A stretch of DNA of 64,000 nt from assembly GCA_963705105.1 (NCBI GenBank), contig CAVPIW010000012.1, positions 128,001 through 192,000 of the forward strand. Direction: 5' to 3'. The notes under the pieces were generated by a model. That model saw only the letters and a list, made by a program, of their open reading frames with translations, was not told the DNA's origin and searched no databases. Below, in pieces: positions 21,978-33,030 of the stretch (positions are counted from its first letter, which is position 1; the number at the start of each line of letters is the position of its first letter). The DNA comes from an uncultured Nitrospiraceae bacterium (GTDB lineage Bacteria; Nitrospirota; Thermodesulfovibrionia; Thermodesulfovibrionales; Dissulfurispiraceae). Position numbers and translations under genes: made by a program.

Positions 21978-23251
21978 CAGTACTGTCCGGTTAAAATAAC
22001 GATCCCTGAGCGCTCTGATCCTTCATGGCGAGCAACTTATCGGGCTTGAGCGTCAGAATGTCGATCAGGCTCCTCCGCTCAAAGAGCGTTTCACGGACCA
22101 CACGGCACAACTGCAGCAGAGAACTTCCGTATTTTGTTTGATATTTGATGTAGCTGAGCAGCAGATAATAGCACATGGCTACCCAGACCTGTGTCAGCAC
22201 GGCGTTCTTGCTGGTACCCAGAAACGACTTGATCTTCAGGTTCTGTTTGATCCACTTGAAAAACAACTCTATCTGCCAGCGTGACTTGTAGATCTGGGCG
22301 ATCGTCGTCGCGGCCAGCTTGAAGTTGTTCGTCAGAAACACCAAGGTCTTCTTCCGTTCTGCATCGTAATACCTGATGAGCCGGAGAACCTCTGGATAAA
22401 GTGTCTTGCTCCGGGGGCCCTGCAACATGATCTGTTCGTCGCTCAGCACTGCTTTTGCACTGACCGGATGCTGTCCGACAACGGTACAATCAATGTTGCG
22501 TTTGGCTCTGGTGACAAACCACACCCTCTGTTTCTGCAAGGAATACAACCACGTGTAGTCAATATATGCCTTGTCGATCGAAACGATGCTGTCCGGAGTC
22601 AGCGGGAAATCAGACTCTTTGACCACACGCACATCGTGTTTCTTGCCGTCGGTGACTGTCAGAAATGTCGGGAGTGCTCCCGAATGGTCATACAGACAAT
22701 GCATTTTTATGGCACCCTTGGTCGTTCTGAATTTGGCCCAGGGATACAGAGAAAGGCACAGGTCAACTGTCGTTGCGTCAATCGTATACAGAGGGTTCTT
22801 GAACCGAAAGCGATGCTTCGGCGTCAGGTCACGGCACCGATCCAGCAACCGGTAGAACGTGTCCTCAAAGACCCGATAGTCTCTCTTGGCATTGGCATCA
22901 GCCAGTGTGCTTCGCCGAACACCGGAGAATCCCAAGTGATACCAGCGGGCCGACTGCGCCTGCAGTCCTGTTTCGATGTCGCGCAGGCTATCCTTGCCGG
23001 TTATCTGTGAATATAGCATGGCGGTAAAGTGGCTCCATGCGTTGAACGTCTTCACGTATCGCTCCGCTCCGTGGGCGTCAACTGCTTTGTCAAAACGATA
23101 TCTCGGGACAAGCTTCAATAGTTCCGAAAAGATCGTGTATACTTTGTTCATGGCCTGTTCCTCCTTGCTGGTAAAAGGTTTGGTCGCCTTCTATTATCCA
23201 ACAAGTTGGGGTTTCAGGCCATACCCTCTTAATTTTTACCGGACACTACTG
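21978..23251 (-). mobile_element. IS4-family element, copy 2 (inverted; transposase 21991-23151)
   Basis: Identical 386-aa transposase, same TIRs and same length as copy 1. Confidence 0.95.
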
Positions 23252-23273
23252 CACTCCTCCATTTACTTCACGC

Positions 23274-23335
23274 GAATAACGCTCCGGTTCAGCGGCGGCG
23301 CGTCAGTGCCGTCCTTTCCATGCTGTTTGTTACCT
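23274..23335 (-). other. attC site (left arm degenerate)
   Basis: AGGTAAC...GGACGGCAC..GCGCCGCCGCTGAACC-GGAGC-GTTATTC. Confidence 0.6.
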
Positions 23336-23350
23336 GGCAACTTTTCTGGT

Positions 23351-24872
23351 CTATTTGACTAACTCGATCTCGCCTGGCCGCCACGTCTTGTCGAACCAAG
23401 GCTGCAGCGGGCCATAGAGCCGCAGCAGCGTATTCCAGCCCTTGCCGGGGACGGTTTGCACCCAGTTGCTTTCCTTGCCCTTCGGCGGCTTCGGCCCGAA
23501 GTAGACATCAACCGAACTGTCCGGATTGACCATCAGTCCTTTGGTCTGGCTGCTGACTGCTGGCCAGTGCTGGTCGGTCTGGAGCATCGAACGAGTCTGG
23601 TTGTCGTAGAGGATCACTGACCAGAAGTTGGCAACCGGGATATTGGGCGGCAAGCGGAGCTTGTAATTCTTGCCTCCATCGAGCGGCTTGCCTTTGGAGT
23701 CGACGAATGCCGCCATATATTGCGACCCTTCGCCTACCATCTTGGAATCCATGGCCGGCGTAACACCGGTCGCATAGAAGAAGAACCCCGCGTATCCATC
23801 CAGATGGCGCGCGCCGTTTTCCTCGAACTTGTAGCCGCCAATGAATCCCATACGCCATGCGCTCTTCGTGTCGGGATAATAGTAGCCCTCGGGCGAGCGC
23901 CAGCGGTACATGACGGCGCGAGCCGTTGCATCGCCCACCAGTGCCGCCTCGGTGAGGATTTTCTTCATCCGCGCATCAGGATTGAAGGGTTTGCCCTTCT
24001 GGATGCCGATGGATGCCCAGAGGCCAAGCGTGGTGGGGTCGACCGACTCCGTCGGCTCCTCCTGAACCACCTGATTGAGATACTCCCAGAATGGATATTC
24101 AGCCGGGCCAACCGAATTGAAATCCCGTCCGGAGACGTTGACGAAATTCAGTTTCGGCGGATTGGCCGCCTGTGACAGCGGGTAGATCTTCGTGAATTGT
24201 TTGACCCGGTCCACACCCGGCTTTGGATCGCCGTTCTCCAGGAAGGTGCGCCAGGCAATCCAGTTGCTGTACGTCGCCGACCGCACCACGAAGTAACCCT
24301 GCGGAACATCGCCCTTGTAGCCGGGCGGGAGGATCAGGTATTTGCCGCCCTCTCCCTTGTCCGGCCCCACCATGCCGATATCGGTGACGAAAGTGATACC
24401 ACATGTCGTCGAGCAACCCGAGCACCTTGGGTGGAACCTCGACGACCAGCGGACCATTTTTCAAGTCCAGCCAGAACCAGGTGTACGGCGTATTGTTGTT
24501 CGGGGTCAGGAAGAGCGAGCGGGCATTCATCATCGTCTCGAAGATCGGCACGGTGGTGTTGGCCGGCCCCACTTCGAGGATGCCTTTGCGGTTCGCCAGT
24601 TGGTTCACCGGCGCCAGACCGAGCATGTAGCCCTGCACGGCACGCTGGAAATCGAGATTGTCGTAGAGCTTTTCGACTGAGGCATCGTCAGGAAAACCGT
24701 CGAAGAACTTCAGCGTGCCCAAACGGGTGTTCAATTTGTCCGGCATCGCGATCCCAGCCGGGATTTCAGTCGTCATCTTCATCTTTGGCGGGGTTTTCGC
24801 CTGCGCGGTGCCGGTAGCCAGCACGCAAACGAATACACCGGCGAATACTGCCATCATGTGTTTAACGTTCAT
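23351..24872 (-). CDS. DUF1254/DUF1214 exported protein; frameshift near 24400
   Basis: Signal peptide, LDFQRAVQGY, GPDKGEGGKYLILPP, FWSVILYD, RLYGPL..WRPGEIE. Confidence 0.85.
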
Positions 24873-24933
24873 TCCTGTTTCCTGTTTGAAGCTTGGTGGG
24901 TGGACAATTACGTTGTGCCAAGTTTCCGCAATA

Positions 24934-25010
24934 GTAAACCGCGCCGCCACAGACCATGGCGGAAAATCGATCAACGTTATCCGGCGTCGGTCTTGACGCA
25001 GTTGTTATGG
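24934..25010 (-). other. attC site lacking its R' end
   Basis: R'' CCATAAC matches cassette start GTTATGG; the stem stops after GCGGTTTAC with no GTT core. Confidence 0.6.
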
Positions 25011-25011
25011 A

Positions 25012-25198
25012 TCATTTGATTTGTTCTATCCCAGGTCTTGCAAATCTTTCTGGCGAGATCATTGTCGATTTCGGTATGTCTCGGAATTGATGATCGTTTG
25101 TTTTCAGCGGGATTCCACCACCACGAATGACGGCTGCCTTCTCTGATGAATTCACAGCCGCATGACCGCAGATATTTCAGCAGGTCACTGCGTTTCAT
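25012..25198 (-). CDS. hicA: HicA family toxin (3' frameshift, probable error)
   Basis: MKRSDLLKYL..REGSRHS..IPRHTEI. Confidence 0.88.
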
Positions 25199-25407
25199 AC
25201 TGCTATTTTTTCTTCGGTATATCCCGGACCGACGGCAGCGATAGCCTCCAGTCGGTTAATTTCGAGTGCTTCTTTTAAGGTCTCTCTCAGAGTTTCAATT
25301 AATTCCTGTCGTGTTTTTTCCTGACAGTTTACTCCGGGAATTTCCTCAATCCAACCGATCCACCATTCTCCTGCCTGCTTTATTATCGCCGTAAATTCCG
25401 TATTCAT
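25195..25407 (-). CDS. hicB: HicB family antitoxin
   Basis: WWIGWIEEIPGVNCQEKTRQEL; 4-nt overlap with hicA. Confidence 0.88.
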   Translation of the reverse strand: MNTEFTAIIKQAGEWWIGWIEEIPGVNCQEKTRQELIETLRETLKEALEINRLEAIAAVGPGYTEEKIAV

Positions 25408-25418
25408 ATCCTTACCTC

Positions 25419-25439
25419 CGTTATAATCAAATTATAACG
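25419..25439 (-). promoter_or_regulatory. Palindromic operator/-10 of hicBA
   Basis: CGTTATAAT-caa-ATTATAACG, a perfect 9-bp inverted repeat containing TATAAT. Confidence 0.65.
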
Positions 25440-25470
25440 TAACGACTGAGCATATTAGTATTCATTCATG

Positions 25471-25534
25471 CCATAACGCTCAGCATCAGCCGCGCGGGCG
25501 GCAGCCCGCGTCGGCCTGCATGCTGTGGTTCGGT
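25471..25534 (-). other. attC site of the rsgA cassette
   Basis: ACCGAAC...GTTATGG with internal palindrome; R'' matches cassette start GTTCGGT. Confidence 0.85.
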
Positions 25535-25940
25535 GCCCTTATATCAGTCTTTCATCTGTTTTTTTGCCGTTTTAATGAATTTTCCGAAAGCCTTATCCTT
25601 CTTCCGTTTGTCAAGGTATGACATCTCATAGAACTCGGATTCCTTCTTGAGCTTGATATAGCTGGAATAGCGACCTTCACTCAATTCGCCACGTTCGACC
25701 GCGGCTCGGACAGCACAGCCGGGCTCATGCTCATGGCTGCAATTCGCATATCGACAATGTGGGGAACGTGCGACAAATTCTTCGAAACCCACGTTGACCC
25801 CATCGCCGGCACCAACTATGCCCAACTCTCGCATACCAGGCGTATCGATCAACATCGCACCTGGGCTCAGAACAAATCGACTGCCGGCGGGAAGTGGTTG
25901 TCCAGTTGCTTTTCCCGTGCCACTAACGGCTTTTTTCTGA

Positions 25941-27887
25941 CAGGAGTTTAAGGGATAAATCCTTCTTTTGAGACTAACCAGTTGATATTCTTGTCAATTT
26001 CGCTATCCTCATCGTAAGACCCCACACTATCCACTGAAATGTCCAATAATCAGGCTGCAACACTCATTTTATGCTTGACATGTAAGACCCTACTGAGTAT
26101 AATTTCACTATGGCTCACTTCCATGTTAAGACGAAGAAGGGAAGACCCTACCTCTACATCCGAGAGATAGCCAGGGTTGAAGGCAAACCCAAGGTGGTTT
26201 CTCAGGTCTATGTCGGCTCCCCGGAGCGGGTAGCCAGTCTTGTGACGGGCTTGGGGGACGCAGCGGTGAAGCTCAAGGTGCAAGAGTTCGGAGCCTTGTG
26301 GCTGGCCAGCCAGATTGATCGGGATGTGGATCTTGCGGGCATTGTCGATGAGGTGGTCCCCCGAGCTGATCGTGAGCAAGGGCCGTCGGTGGGGGAGTAT
26401 TTTCTGTATTGCATCTGGAACCGTATGTGCGAGGCCACCAGTAAGAACAGGCTGTCTCAATGGTATGAGCGGACGGCAGTACAGCAGATTCGCCCCGTTG
26501 ATCTGGGAGAGCTCACAAGCCAGAGGTATTGGGAGAAGTGGGACAGGGTGACTGAAGACGGTCTCGTTCAGATATCCAGGAGGTTCTTTAAACGGATTTG
26601 GGCTCTTGAGGCTCCCGATGCCGATTGTCTCCTGTTTGACACGACGAACTACTATACCTTCATGGCGAGCGATACGCCCTCTGACCTTGCTAAAAGAGGC
26701 AAGAACAAGGAAGGGCGGCATAACCTGCGGCAGGTCGGCCTGGGGCTTTTAGTGACGCGCGGCTCTCGGCTGCCTTTGTACTACTGCGTCTATCCGGGCA
26801 ATCTCCATGACAGCCGCCAGTTTGCTGCGGTGATGGATGAGATGTTCGGTGTTGTCTGCGGTTTTGATACGACCAAAGAGCGACTGACCGTGGTGATCGA
26901 CAAGGGGATGAACTCCGAAGGCAACTTTGCATGGATCGATGAGCATTCCCGGATTCACTTCGTTACGACCTATTCGACGTACTTCGCCCAGGACTTGGCC
27001 TCTATGCATTTGGATGAGTTCGAGCCGGCTGATACCAAGAAAAACCGTCTATTAACGGAGGGATAGGAAGACGACCAAATCCTCGTCTATCGTACGAAAG
27101 GGGAGTACTGGGGCAAGGAGCGGGCAGTGGTTGTGACGTATAATCCCGTTACCGAGCGGAAACAGACCTACACGTTTGACAGCAAACTGGAAGACATCAG
27201 GCAAGAGCTTCTTGCCATGCGGTCACGGGTTCGGGACAGGGCGCCTCATTGGCGCGATCCCGAGATGATCAAAGAGAGATACCTGAGGATCTGCGAGCAT
27301 CTCCACGTCCCAAGCGATCTGTACGATATCGAGTTGTCACAGAGGGGCGGCACGTTATCCATGAGCTTCCGCAGGAATGTGGTCCGTGTCCAGAGGAAAC
27401 GGGCTATGTTCGGCAAGAACATCATCATCACCGATAATGTGGATTGGACGACTTCGGAGATAGTGGAGGCCAGTCTCGACCGGTGGCAGGTTGAAAACCG
27501 GTTCCGGCTCAGCAAGGATGATGAGTGTGTCGCCATGCGTCCTCTTCGTCACTGGACGGACAGCAAGATACGATGTCACCTCCTTGCCTGTGTGGTTGCG
27601 ATGACATATCTGCGGCGTATTGAACTCAAACTGAAGGCAGCCGGCGTCGATCGCACCGCGGAAGACGTGATGGAAGATATGCGCCATCTGCATTCCGTGT
27701 TGATATTGAGAGACGGCGCAAGGAAGGCTGAGCGCCGTCTTGAGATCCCAACGAAGACCCAAGCCGAAGTCCTATCGGCCTTCGGCGTCTCCATAGACGC
27801 CGGTGGGGTCTTACGTCCCTCATCCCGGTAAACCCTTGTCGTTATTGACTCAAAAAGGATTATTGGTGCTTATCTCTTAAACTCCTG
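25941..27887 (+). mobile_element. IS1634-family element; transposase 26110-27831 with internal TAG at 27064
   Basis: TIRs CAGGAGTTTAAG / CTTAAACTCCTG; flanks tctga / tttga; FDTTN, IDKGMNS, VENRFR..K. Confidence 0.88.
26075..26103 (+). promoter_or_regulatory. Consensus sigma70 promoter of the IS1634 transposase
   Basis: TTGACA-17-TATAAT, 6 nt before the ATG. Confidence 0.8.
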
Positions 27888-28565
27888 TTTGAAAGGCTTC
27901 CCGGCCAATGAGGCGGTTGATAAGAGTAGTCTTCCCAACACCCGATGAACCAAGAAGACAGTATGTCCTACCAGGGGAGAGTGTCTGTTGAAACTCATCG
28001 AATCCGATACCGGTGATGTTGCTCAGCGCGAGCACTCTCACTTTGGCAACATAGCCTATGATTGAAAGCTTCTGATCCAATTCGTCCCCGGATATCAGAT
28101 CCGTTTTCGTAATAATGACGATAGGTTCAACATGTCCGTCTGCCACCATAACCAGGTAACGATCCAAGCGATGTGGATTAAAGTCGATATGGCATGACTG
28201 AACAATAAAGGCGGTATCTATGTTGGCTGCAATCATCTGATAGTCGATGTTTTCACCCGCGGACTTGCGGCGTAAGAACGTCTTTCGCGGAAACACCCTG
28301 TGGATAATGGCTGCCGTGTCATCGTTGTAATAGTATGCTGTCACCCAATCACCAACACAGGGTAGATCCATGGACCTTTCAATCTGATAAGAAAGTTTAC
28401 CTGTCAGTTCGGCCGGAACTTCCCCAGATTCGTTCTGTATAAGATACGAACTGCGGTCAACTGCGGATATGCGGGCAAAGCTGCAACCCTCCTGGTGGAA
28501 CGCAGTGGCATGATCTTCAAACCATTGGTCAAAACCCAGACTTCTTATTTCCATATCGTTGTATC

Positions 28566-28626
28566 ACCGAACGCTGCGCATAACCGGTGCCGCGGAGCGG
28601 CATCCGCGTGCATGCGCTTGTTCGGC
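28566..28626 (-). other. attC site of the ecotin cassette
   Basis: GCCGAAC...GTTCGGT with internal palindrome. Confidence 0.85.
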
Positions 28627-28653
28627 ACCTCCTGCTCGATGAGGTGTCCCGTC

Positions 28654-29129
28654 TCAACCTTTCTCCATTGCTTTTGCCTTCGCTCCGGCAGTCCAGATCC
28701 GATAACGCACCTCAACGCCTTCGGGTACATAGACCACGATGGGCAAACGGCTGTTGTATCGGATGAGATAGGGATCACCGCCAAGCGTGATAAACCGGGC
28801 CACTTTCGGCGCGTTTGGATCGATTGCCATAAGCGTGCTGCCATCGGCCCAAGCTTGCTGACAATGTAACGTGGGAATCCCCACCCCTGGATGGTTTCTT
28901 CCTCGATTGTCCCGCCGAAGAAGTAATTGTTCTTCTCGTCAACGTGAACTGTCTTTCCGACGATCAGCTCCACTTTGAAAGCGGATTCGTCATCTTGTGT
29001 CGGAAGTTGCAAGACATATCGAACCTTGCCCTGATCCGCTGGGGGAAACGCCTTCATGTTGTCCTTCGCGTAGGCAGGCAACATTGAAGAGAGTAGCAAG
29101 ACTGCAATCAATGAACACATCTTTTTCAT
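28654..29129 (-). CDS. eco: Ecotin family serine protease inhibitor; frameshift near 28838
   Basis: Signal peptide, KVELIVGKT, EETIQGWG, TLMA, RYNSRLPIVVYVPEGVEVRYRIW. Confidence 0.88.
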
Positions 29130-29142
29130 GTTATCTCCTCAT

Positions 29143-29160
29143 GCCGAACAATTATTGTGC
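29143..29160 (-). other. Collapsed attC (R'' and R' only)
   Basis: GCACAAT-AATT-GTTCGGC; each half matches the partner core of the neighbouring cassette. Confidence 0.7.
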
Positions 29161-29168
29161 TTTTATTT

Positions 29169-29663
29169 TTATTTCAATATCTTAGCAATTTCGATATGAA
29201 ATCGTTTTTGTTGACCGCTTGACGGGAATGGAACTACAATTCCTTCGTTTAAAACGCGAAATCCCTTTAATTTAAGTTTATCTTCAAGCAACCGGCAAAT
29301 ATTAGCTTTAATCAAAAATAACTGGGATTCTTTTCCGTTAATGTTCTCAAGATCATCAATTAGATTTCTAAAGTCTGAAAGGATTGTAGCCTCTCGTTCT
29401 TTGTTCTTCATTTTATTGACCGGTTTGTAAGTTGAATCAACCAAGATAAACCCTTGATTCTTAAAATATTCAAGACCATCATTTTTATCGACAGGTTTAT
29501 AATGAAGAGCCTTCATCATCTCATTGTACAAAGGCTCAGTCGTTGATCCCGTTTCATCATAAAAATATTTGCCAGATGCAGGAGGTGATTCTAAAATGAA
29601 AATAATCCTCAAGATTTCAGGCAAATATTTGTTTCTTAATTTCAGATAATATTCTTTATCCAT
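29169..29663 (-). CDS. Low-GC cassette protein, possibly uracil-DNA glycosylase-like fold
   Basis: IIFILESPP, GFILVD..PVN, VPFPSSG motif order. Confidence 0.6.
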   Translation of the reverse strand: MDKEYYLKLRNKYLPEILRIIFILESPPASGKYFYDETGSTTEPLYNEMMKALHYKPVDKNDGLEYFKNQGFILVDSTYKPVNKMKNKEREATILSDFRNLIDDLENINGKESQLFLIKANICRLLEDKLKLKGFRVLNEGIVVPFPSSGQQKRFHIEIAKILK

Positions 29664-29683
29664 TGCTTATCCCGGCATCTGAA

Positions 29684-29773
29684 GCACAACGCCATGCCTC
29701 ACCCGCGCATGGACAGACAAAAGCCGAAACCAAAAACGCCTATTATGCGTCGGTGTGGAGGCAATTGTTCTGA
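29684..29773 (-). other. attC site
   Basis: TCAGAAC-AATT-GCCTCCACACCGACGCAT...ATGCGCGGGTGAGGC-ATGGC-GTTGTGC. Confidence 0.8.
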
Positions 29774-29779
29774 GGTCTT

Positions 29780-30295
29780 TCATTTTATTTGTATTGTTCT
29801 CTTCTGCTCCCTTGGATACCATTCTGCATCCGGACCCTCAAGCCGCAGGCTGAGAGAAATAATAAGACCGCCATGCTTCGGTTTTGTAATTTTATAATCA
29901 TAATACCAGCGTGACATTGGTCCGGCACCTTCGGAAATAGGAATGCGGGCGTGTTCGATTAAGTTTTTATTGATTTTATAAACGGAAAGATATTCAGAGG
30001 TGGCATTTGTTCCTCGGCCCTGACCAAATTTCAGCGTAAGATAATTTTCTCCGTGAGTATCCTTTATAATCTTTGCGTCGGCTTTTCCGTAGCTTGAACA
30101 AAATTCATCAGTTATTTCTTCTTTATTAATTTTGATTTTGAGAATAAGTCTGTCCTCTGAAAAGCCGCCACACTCTTTTGTTTCTGGGTTGAGATCTGAC
30201 CATTTCTGTAATATTGTGACCTGGGGTTCCGCAGAAAATGCAAGACCGGCGAGGGCTATAGATAGAGCCGTTATTATGCCTGTTATCTTTATCAT
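29780..30295 (-). CDS. Exported hypothetical protein (cassette)
   Basis: Signal peptide; ATG just after core GTTATAA (30307-30301); followed by attC. Confidence 0.75.
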   Translation of the reverse strand: MIKITGIITALSIALAGLAFSAEPQVTILQKWSDLNPETKECGGFSEDRLILKIKINKEEITDEFCSSYGKADAKIIKDTHGENYLTLKFGQGRGTNATSEYLSVYKINKNLIEHARIPISEGAGPMSRWYYDYKITKPKHGGLIISLSLRLEGPDAEWYPREQKRTIQIK

Positions 30296-30518
30296 TTTAC
30301 TTATAACGAAAAGGTCACCTGCTGGCGAAAGGTTGGTTATTTGGATTGAAAAAGAAATAATGTTAGAACAACTTTTATAAATATGAAAGTGTAGCTAACT
30401 AAATATAATTTATTATTTTTGTTTGTTATTGATATAGATTTGAAGGAGAATAAATTATTTTTTTTGATTATTGAAATTTTGGTTATTAGAAAAAGAATAA
30501 ATTAAGGAAATAAAGGAT

Positions 30519-31942
30519 GGCGGTGGACCCCAAAAACTGGACAGTGTGCTAAGCTCTGATTCAGACCACTCATGGAGGATCTGAGATGAGCAAGAAACGA
30601 AAGCAACACAGTTCCCAATTCAAGGCGAAGGTCGCGCTGGCCGCATTACAGAACGAAGAGACCACCGCTCAACTGGCCAGTCGCTTCGACATCCACCCGA
30701 CAATGATCTCCACCTGGAAGCGGCAGCTGCTCGACAGCGCCGCTGAGCTTTTCGACAAGAACCACAAGTCCCGCAAGCAGGTCGAGGGCCAGTTCGATGA
30801 GCTCTACCGGCAGATTGGCCGGCTCAAGGTAGAAAACGATTTTTTAGCACGAAAGCTCGGCTCTTGAGCAGCCCGCAGCGAAAGCAGATGATCGAACCTG
30901 AACTTCGCGAGCCGAGCATCTCCCGCCAATGCCAGTTGCTGGGATTGAGCCGGTCCTCGTTCTACTATGAGCCGTGCCCGGTTAATCCCGAGGACCTGGA
31001 CCTCATGCGCCTGATCGACGAGCAGTACCTGAAGACCCCGACCTACGGCAGCCGGTCGATGGCGCGGCATTTCCGCCGACAGGGCCGTAAGGTCAACCGC
31101 AAACGCATCCAGCGGCTGATGCGACTGATGGGCATCGAGGCGATCTACCCCAAGCCGCACACCATCCGGCCCCATCCGGAGCACATAATTGTTTGTGTTA
31201 TTAAAATGATGTTGTATTAGATTCGATTCAATCCCATTATGATACGTATCAATCGACAGAGAGGGGCGGTTTTCCCCCAGATCGATTCCCTCCGGTGCCC
31301 TTCGGCGGATATCTCTTAATGCACGCCCATAATTTATCCCTATCTGCTCAGAGACCTGAGGATCGATCATGCCAACCAGGTGTGGGCTACCGATATCACC
31401 TACGTTCCCATGGCACGTGGCTTTATGTACCTAGTGGCGGTCATGGACTGGCACAGCCGCAAAATCCTGTCCTGGCGTCTTTCCAATACCCTGGACTCGG
31501 ACTTCTGCAATCAGGCCCTCCAGGAAGCCCTGAGCCGCTATGGGGCGCCGGAGATTTTCAACACGGATCAAGGAGCACAGTTTACCAGCAAAGGTTTCAC
31601 TCAAATCCTCAAGGACCACGGAGTCGCCATCAGTATGGACGGCCGCGGTAGGTGCCAGGACAACATCTTTGTTGAACGGCTATGGTGGACCATCAAACAT
31701 CACTACCTTTACCTGCATTCGTTCGGCGGCGGCTCCGAGCTGCGTCAGGGGTTAAACGACTGGATACGCTTTTACAACGAACAGCGCGGGCACTCTTCTC
31801 TTGACGACCGTACCCCGGATGAGGTTTACTATGGACTGCCTCACCCATTCGCCGAGGCTGCCTGATGCTTCATACAGAATTTAACAATGAACTCAGAGCT
31901 TATCCCACCCATCAGGCTGTCCAAACAATAGGGTCCACCGCC
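30519..31942 (+). mobile_element. IS3-family element A, copy 1 (orfA 30586-30867; orfB interrupted at 31191-31334)
   Basis: TIRs GGCGGTGGACCC / GGGTCCACCGCC; WATDITY, NTDQGAQF, DNIFVERLW. Confidence 0.9.
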
Positions 31943-32193
31943 GGCGGCGGAGCCAAATATAATTCTTTTACTAAAAAAAAAAAAAAATTCAAAAAACCCC
32001 CAAAAATAAAAAAAAAAAAAATTTTTTTTTTTTTCTTTAACAATTTAAAAAAAGGAAAAAACCCCAGGGAAGATAAAGGATAAAACCCCCATTGATGGAA
32101 TTCAAAATCCGTGGGCCAACTAGCCCAACAAACAAGCCAACCAAGGCAATCCAATCCATCCTTTTATCGGGTAAGATACTCATTTTAATTCCT

Positions 32194-32274
32194 GCATAAC
32201 GCTTGGCATAACCGGCTGGCTTACAGCGGGCGAAGCCCGCTGTAAGCCAGTCCGTGTTGATGGATGGGTTAGCC
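32194..32274 (-). other. attC site
   Basis: GGCTAAC...CTGGCTTACAGCGGGC-TTC-GCCCGCTGTAAGCCAG...GTTATGC. Confidence 0.9.
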
Positions 32275-32672
32275 GTGGGCATGCAGGTCGCCTCTTTTCG
32301 GCTCTTTGCGCGAGCCCAATCGATCAGCCACCCAAGGCCGCCATAAACAGTTGCCCAAAAAACTGCATCAATTGCAGCCAAGTAGAGATGTCCAACGCCT
32401 CCAACGACTTGATGCGAAGGAATGATGCCGAGAGCGATGGCCAAGTTATAACCAGGTGCACTGTGAAACATGGTGGACATTAGCCCAAGAATGCCAGGCA
32501 CAAGACCTACATAAGGGATAAAGAACGTGGCGTACAGCCCCAGACTGAATGGCGAAATTACCGAACCAAGTGCGAGGCCAGAAATAAGAAATACACGGTT
32601 CGGGTAGCGACGACGCGCGTAGCGAAACGCAATTATGGGAACAACTACTAGAAGAAGTAGGAGAAGGAGCAT
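32270..32672 (-). CDS. Membrane hypothetical protein (cassette); 3' end uncertain
   Basis: Several hydrophobic helices between two attC sites; the annotated frame runs through attC, probably an error. Confidence 0.6.
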
Positions 32673-32685
32673 TGGCTACTTAAGC

Positions 32686-32774
32686 GGCTAACGACGTCTT
32701 TCAGCCGCCAGCGTAAGCAGTTTCACCAAAAACAAACTACGTTTATTGTGGTCGGCTGGAAAATTTTGTTGGGC
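32686..32774 (-). other. attC site
   Basis: GCCCAAC..TTTCCAGCCGACC...GGCGGCTGAAAG..GTTAGCC. Confidence 0.85.
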
Positions 32775-32777
32775 ATT

Positions 32778-33030
32778 TTATTTGGTGTCTTTTCCATTAT
32801 TCTTCTTAGCCCGAAGTGTATTGACTATAACACCACTACCATACGCAATTGAAAGACTCATTGGGAGGGATAAGGCTGCGACAGATGCGCTCATAATGGG
32901 TAGCCACATTAAATTCTTAGCTGCATGCACCGAATCAGTGAGCGCAAAATACGCAAAAGTAGATATGCATATGATCTCTGAAATTATACCGCTCCATATT
33001 AAACCTTTGATGAATGACAAAAGTAAATGC
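32778..33030 (-). pseudogene. 3' remnant of a membrane-protein cassette truncated by IS3 element B
   Basis: Hydrophobic frame ends just before attC; 5' side abuts the IS end. Confidence 0.55.

Larger units (their letters stand above)
25544..28554 (-). pseudogene. rsgA: Ribosome small subunit-dependent GTPase A cassette, split by IS1634
   Basis: 5' part: VGDWV, IAANID, TKTDL, GSSGVGKTT; 3' part: DTPGMRELG and C..C.H.HEPGC zinc finger. Confidence 0.88.

Noticed and set aside
27064..27066. In-frame TAG in the IS1634 transposase as pyrrolysine or programmed read-through
   Set aside because: No supporting context; a nonsense mutation or base error in a transposase is simpler
31184..31334. 144-bp insert in IS3-A orfB flanked by CATAATT as a new mini-element
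   Set aside because: No terminal repeats, single copy, in a noisy region; cannot be told from a read artefact
31950..32100. Poly-A/poly-T tracts (also 30330-30518) as a functional low-complexity element
   Set aside because: They grade out of a normal ORF or attC next to IS copies; they look like low-quality consensus
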